Assembly (NCBI GenBank): GCA_964016885.1
Contig: OZ024740.1
Location: forward strand, 10,602,001-10,666,000
Source: Eledone cirrhosa
Taxonomy: Eukaryota
Direction of reading: 5' to 3'
Length of the DNA: 64,000 nt
Part shown: positions 59,767 through 64,000 of the stretch, one piece after another
Numbering within the stretch: position 1 is the first letter of the stretch
Layout of the letters: each line of letters starts with the position of its first letter
Notes under the pieces: generated by a model
Told to the model about the DNA's origin: nothing
The model's database searches: none
Seen by the model: the letters and a program-made list of their open reading frames with translations, nothing else
Program-made: the position numbers and the translations under genes

Positions 59767-60066
59767 TAATAATAAAAATAATAATGAAAATTATTGTGTA
59801 CAGTGCTCAGGTGCACTACAACTCATCAAAGGTGCATGTATAGTACGTAGAATAATGGACAAATGTCAGGAAAGTTAACAGCGTATAAGTCATGATATAC
59901 ACACAGACAAACACATGGGTGCATGTGTGGAGGGGCAATATCAGGTGTAGTGTTGGCGAATTTCGGAAGCTTCAAGGTTTTGAAGGATGCGGTGCCCCAA
60001 CAGCTAACAACTGCAGCAGGTAGTTTGTTCCATGCTTCAGCAACTCTGAGCATGAAAAATGTTTGC
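59767..60066 (-). mobile_element. CR1-clade LINE 3' fragment (ORF2 C-terminus, 3' UTR and (ATT)n tail)
   Basis: The minus-strand peptide KHFFMLRVAEAWNKLPAAVVSC..ASFK matches the F-x-x-R-V-x-x-x-W-N-x-L-P motif of CR1 ORF2. Confidence 0.8.
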
Positions 60067-60278
60067 AGTGTATTCTAATTTTTTGAATATGCGGGGCCCC
60101 ACCAAACTTGAAGTAACCCCCCACCTACTAAAAAAAAAAACTGAAGTACCCCTTCCCCCACCAAGGTCTAAATCCAACCCAGCATATACACATCTGTGCA
60201 TGTCATGTATGAACAGATATGTATGCTGTATATTTAGAATGTTTTCTTATATTTCTGTTGGAGAGATTATATTAAAGT

Positions 60279-60593
60279 GTGATGTGTTGTTTCCTTGAGC
60301 AAGACACTTTATTTCACATTGCTCCAGTTTACTCAGCTGTAGAAATGAGATGTTAGGACTTGGGGTCCCTATCATTCCACTGCTAAGTGGTCGTGGATGT
60401 GCCACGGCAATAAAGCACCCAGCCCACACTGTAAAGTGGACGTGTAGGCGCCACGGAAAAAAAGCACCCAGCACTCACTGTAAATGAGGTTGGTGTTAGG
60501 AAGGGCATCCAGCTGTAGAAATCAAGCCAGAATCAGTTCCCGTCCCACCCTTGCAAGCAGGGAAAAAGCGGACGTAGAATGATGATGATGATG
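60279..60593 (+). mobile_element. Family 1 SINE copy, tRNA head largely lost
   Basis: Highly similar to 1182-1445, including the internal duplicated AAAGCACCCAG..CACTGTAAA segment. Ends in a (GAT)n tail. Confidence 0.85.
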
Positions 60594-60844
60594 TATATAT
60601 TCTGTTCAGCACTGAGGAATATCTTGGAGTGTTAGTGTGGCTAATGTCCAATTTGGACTGTTGCACTTTAGCAGTTAAGAAAGGAAACTTGGCAAATTAT
60701 ACCAACTAACAGGAAAAACACTCTGTTTAATCAAGAGCTACGAATTTAGTACATAAATTATATAATATTCATTCATGATTTATTCAAAGTAATCCAACTT
60801 ATTTTAGTAACGTGATAAAAAAAAAAACTAGACACAGTTTCACA

Positions 60845-61130
60845 GTCGTTGCCACTGCCTCTTCATTCGTCACGGTCCTTCGTCATCTCCATGAGTTTCA
60901 GTGATCTGAGGTCAACTCTCATCACCTCCGTCCATGATTTTTTGTGGTCTTCCTCTACTGCGTCTTTCTTCTACTGGGATGTCTTGGCACTTCTTTATCC
61001 AGCAGTCATCCTCCATGTGCATCACATGTCCATACCATCGCAGTCTTCTCTCCTGCACACTACAGCTTATCCCTCTTATACACGGTTTCTCTCTCAACTC
61101 GTCTATGCTTGGTCGTTCATGCACATTGAC
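60845..61130 (-). mobile_element. RTE-clade LINE ORF C-terminal fragment (frameshifted)
   Basis: The peptide VQERRLRWYGHVMHMEDDCWIKKC...RRSRGRPQK matches the RTE R-R-L-R-W-x-G-H-V / R-G-R-P motif. Confidence 0.85.
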
Positions 61131-61211
61131 ATAGGAAAGCAGTTCTTGGGGAAAGAAAATTGAGCAAAATACTTAACTTTACTTAGCTAATGTTTTTAAT
61201 TTTGGTTTCAG

Positions 61212-61314
61212 CGCTCCAATTAACCCTGTGGTGAGCAAAAGCAGTGCTGGGGCTTTAGAGCTGCTACCAATGGCTTATAGCAATACAGAACAAACTCTGG
61301 TGTCTCTATTGAAG
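61212..61314 (+). CDS. MRM1: Coding exon: (S)APINPVVSKSSAGALELLPMAYSNTEQTLVSLLK
   Basis: Acceptor tttggtttcag ends at 61211 and donor gtaaca starts at 61315. The exon is 103 nt and phase-compatible with the previous exon (AG+C = Ser). PVVSKSSAGA is characteristic of MRM1/RlmB. Confidence 0.92.
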
Positions 61315-61405
61315 GTAACATATCTTTATATTTATCTCCTTCTTCTTCACCCACTTATCCCTGAGAGGGTCATCCTCAAACATATTATTCTTTCTAGCGA
61401 GTCCT

Positions 61406-61574
61406 GAGCTAGATCTATTTATTTCTTATGATGAGCCATACACCTTTTATAGCTGAACGTGATGTCCTCATTCTTACAATGAGCCACACACCTTTTAAAG
61501 TTGAGCTAGATCTATTCATTTCTTATAATGAGCAACACATCTTTTAAAGTTGAGCTGGATGTCCTTCATTCTTA
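61406..61574. repeat. ~49-bp minisatellite, ~3.5 diverged copies
   Basis: Repeated TTCTTA..ATGAGC.A.ACA.CTTTTA.AG.TGA. Copies 1/3 and 2/4 are most alike. Confidence 0.75.
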
Positions 61575-61790
61575 AAATATATGCGTGAGTCCTGGGTTCA
61601 ATCAGGGGGTAACCACAGTAAGTAAGGTACTCAATACATTAGTTGAGTGTAAACATCATGTTTAATTACAAACAACGAAAAGCAGGAAGATATCGTTTGA
61701 ATAAAACAGTTCTAGTCCTGTAGAAGCCATTTCTATATTAAACATGATATATATGTATATATATATATACCTTCTTTTAATTATTTTCAG

Positions 61791-61911
61791 AAACTGAAGC
61801 AATGTGGATGGAAACTGCTAGGAACTGTCGGTGAAAATTGTCAGTTTGAGGGAAAGTGTTTGAAGCATGTTACAGATACCAACCTTAGTGGACCAACCGT
61901 ACTCATTGTTG
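61791..61911 (+). CDS. MRM1: Coding exon: KLKQCGWKLLGTVGENCQFEGKCLKHVTDTNLSGPTVLIV(G)
   Basis: Acceptor ttattttcag ends at 61790 and donor gtaagt starts at 61912. The 121 nt are open in frame. GW...GT and PTVLIVG precede the expected G-N-E-G motif. I could not find the next exon in this window. Confidence 0.9.
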
Positions 61912-62113
61912 GTAAGTAACTCAAGTCAATTTTGGTTGTATGTTATCTTAGGATAAATTGATGGAAATGTAATTTTACAGTAGAGTTGTTTATAAAACGT
62001 TAAAAAAATTCAAATCACTCCTATATAACACAATTCCACATACTAAAGGAGTGTTGAGGTTAGCTCCCCTGTTTATTTTTAAACTGTCAATCTTTTTTTA
62101 TCTTATTTTACTA

Positions 62114-62378
62114 TCGTCATCATCATCGTTTAACGTCTATCTTCCACACTAGCATGGATTAGACAGGAGTAGTCCCACTTGAGGCAAGATTGGTCGGGTG
62201 ACCATGTCTCACTCGTATAGAACTCTTTCTGGCAGGTTTTCTATGGCTAGATGCCTATCCTAATGCCAACCATATTTACAGTGTGGACTGGGAGCCTTTT
62301 TACCGTGTCTCCTACACAACCACTCTACAGTGTGGACTGGGTGCTTTTTGTCGTGTCACCTACACGACCACTTTACAG
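62114..62378 (-). mobile_element. Family 1-like SINE 3' portion, reverse orientation
   Basis: (CAT)n tail, TTTAACGTC and duplicated TACAGTGTGGACTGGG.GC.TTTT units. Confidence 0.8.
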
Positions 62379-62975
62379 ATTTGTAATTTTAACTTAATTC
62401 TTTACTCTTATTTTTTATCTTAGATATATGTCTGACACTATTTTGAGACACTTTGTGTACCCTTTCAAAACTCATTTATTTCAAGCAAACTATATGCTTT
62501 TTCTTTGGATGTTCTTCCTAATGCCAACCTCTTTTCAGAGTGTAGTGGGTGCATTTTATGATGACACCAGCACTACCACTTTATATATTTATATATCATC
62601 ATGTAACATCTGTTTTCCTTGCAAGCAAGGGTTTGGTAAGTTTTCACAGACTGAGTCAGTACTGAAATGGGGCTACTGACCTTACAAATGAGTCAGGGAC
62701 CAGCATCCCGTGCTCTACCAAGTGCATTTTATTGTGATACCAACACTAGGGAGGTTGTTATGTCTTTGACACAGTTGAAGGGTTTTCCTGACCCTTTATT
62801 TGTCAGGTTTTCTACAGCTAAATGCCCTTCCTATTACCTGCCACTTTACTGGGTGCATTTATCTTCTAGATCAGTTGTCACCAATCTTTCAGACCTCATT
62901 TATAATTTTATAATTTTAAATCCCGCAGACCACTAATATGAATTTTTATAAAAAGATAAATACATTTGTAAAATA

Positions 62976-63164
62976 ATTGTTTCTACTTTTGGCACAAGGC
63001 CAGCAATTATCCCAGTGTATTACTGGTACTTTATTTTATCGACCCCATAAGGATGAAAGGCAAAGTTAACCTCGGCGAGATTTGAACTCAGCCCATAAAG
63101 GTCCGTAACTCTTTGCTGCAATGCATGGCGTCCGACCCTCTACTGATACTGCCAATCCATCGCC
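62976..63164 (-). mobile_element. tRNA-derived SINE (family 2), full length with a 17-bp TSD
   Basis: Reverse-complement paralog of 602-790. AATACATTTGTAAAATA is duplicated at 62959-62975 and 63165-63181. Confidence 0.88.
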
Positions 63165-63420
63165 AATACATTTGTAAAATACTGATCAGAGAACTTCCAT
63201 TTTATTAAACAATACTGAAGTGTACCTGTGTCATATTGTCAATAGATGATACATATATACAAAATTATTTCATGGATGTTAGTTCTTTACTGAGGAGAAA
63301 CATTTTTTAGGGGTGTTATAAAATATGTTTTAACCAAATATTATTTTTGTTTTATTAATAAAACATAAAAATTGCAATGTCCAAATTTTTCTGCAGACCA
63401 CCAGTTGGCGACCGCTATTT

Positions 63421-63740
63421 TAGATCACTACCACTAGGGTGGTTGTCATGTCTTTGACACAACTGAAGGGTTCTCCTGGCCCTTTGTTTGGCAAAGCTTC
63501 TATGACTGGTGCTGTTCCTATCACCAATCACTTTACAGCATGTACCGGGTGGGTTTATCTTCTAGATCACCAACACTAGAGAGGTTGTCATGTCTTTGAC
63601 ACTACTGACGGATTACCTCAACCGTTTTTAGCAAGGATTTTATAGCAGGCTGCATTTCTTATCTCCAAACTCATTGAAGTCTGTACTGGGTGTATTTTCA
63701 TGCCACCAACACCAGAGAGGTTGTCAGTCATTGTCTCAAC
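63421..63740. repeat. Diverged ~140-bp tandem repeat derived from SINE sequence (another copy at ~62735-62872)
   Basis: CACCAACACTAG(A/G)GAGGTTGTCATGTCTTTGACAC recurs at ~62740, ~63430, ~63568 and ~63705. Confidence 0.7.
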
Positions 63741-63753
63741 TGTAAAGACCTTG

Positions 63754-63908
63754 CTGCCCTACAGGGTGGTTGGAGAAGATAAGTATGATGCTCTAGGTGT
63801 AGAACATATGTTGTGGGATATAACAATTGAAAAGCCCTTTCTGCCCTGGGGGTGGGAGAAGATAAGCATGATGATATAGGTGTATGATATATGTTGTGGG
63901 ATATAACA
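63754..63908. repeat. ~85-bp direct duplication
   Basis: CTGCCCT..GGAGAAGATAAG.ATGATG.T.TAGGTGTA...ATATGTTGTGGGATATAACA occurs twice. Confidence 0.8.
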
Positions 63909-64000
63909 GGGGGATGAGTAACGGTAAGGAATGACCTCAAGTGATGTAAGGGAGGGGTCTCACCAGGATTTTAGAGAAGGTGTAGTGATGGTGAGAATAG

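Overview
AT-rich eukaryotic genomic DNA. The SINE/LINE/MITE repertoire looks like that of an octopod cephalopod; this is an inference from recalled repeat motifs and is not verified. Four + strand exons (500-572, 58062-58141, 61212-61314, 61791-61911) splice in frame into a SpoU/SPOUT 2'-O-ribose methyltransferase that best matches mitochondrial rRNA methyltransferase MRM1. The intron between the first two exons is about 57.5 kb. About 54.8 kb of it (~2200-56988) is one head-to-tail 27-bp satellite of roughly 2,000 units, with a nearly constant 20-nt core, a variable 7-nt segment and nested higher-order duplications. All long Cys/Leu/Tyr-rich ORFs in the track are artefacts of this array. Abutting the right end of the array is a ~1 kb element made of a 467-bp unit in tandem plus an inverted copy. 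It carries a complete type I hammerhead ribozyme on the pre-mRNA strand (57605-57700) and a damaged antisense copy, the architecture of a retrozyme or Penelope-like pseudo-LTR element. The remaining intronic DNA holds tRNA-derived SINEs, RTE and CR1 LINE 3' fragments, a TTAA-flanked MITE and microsatellites.
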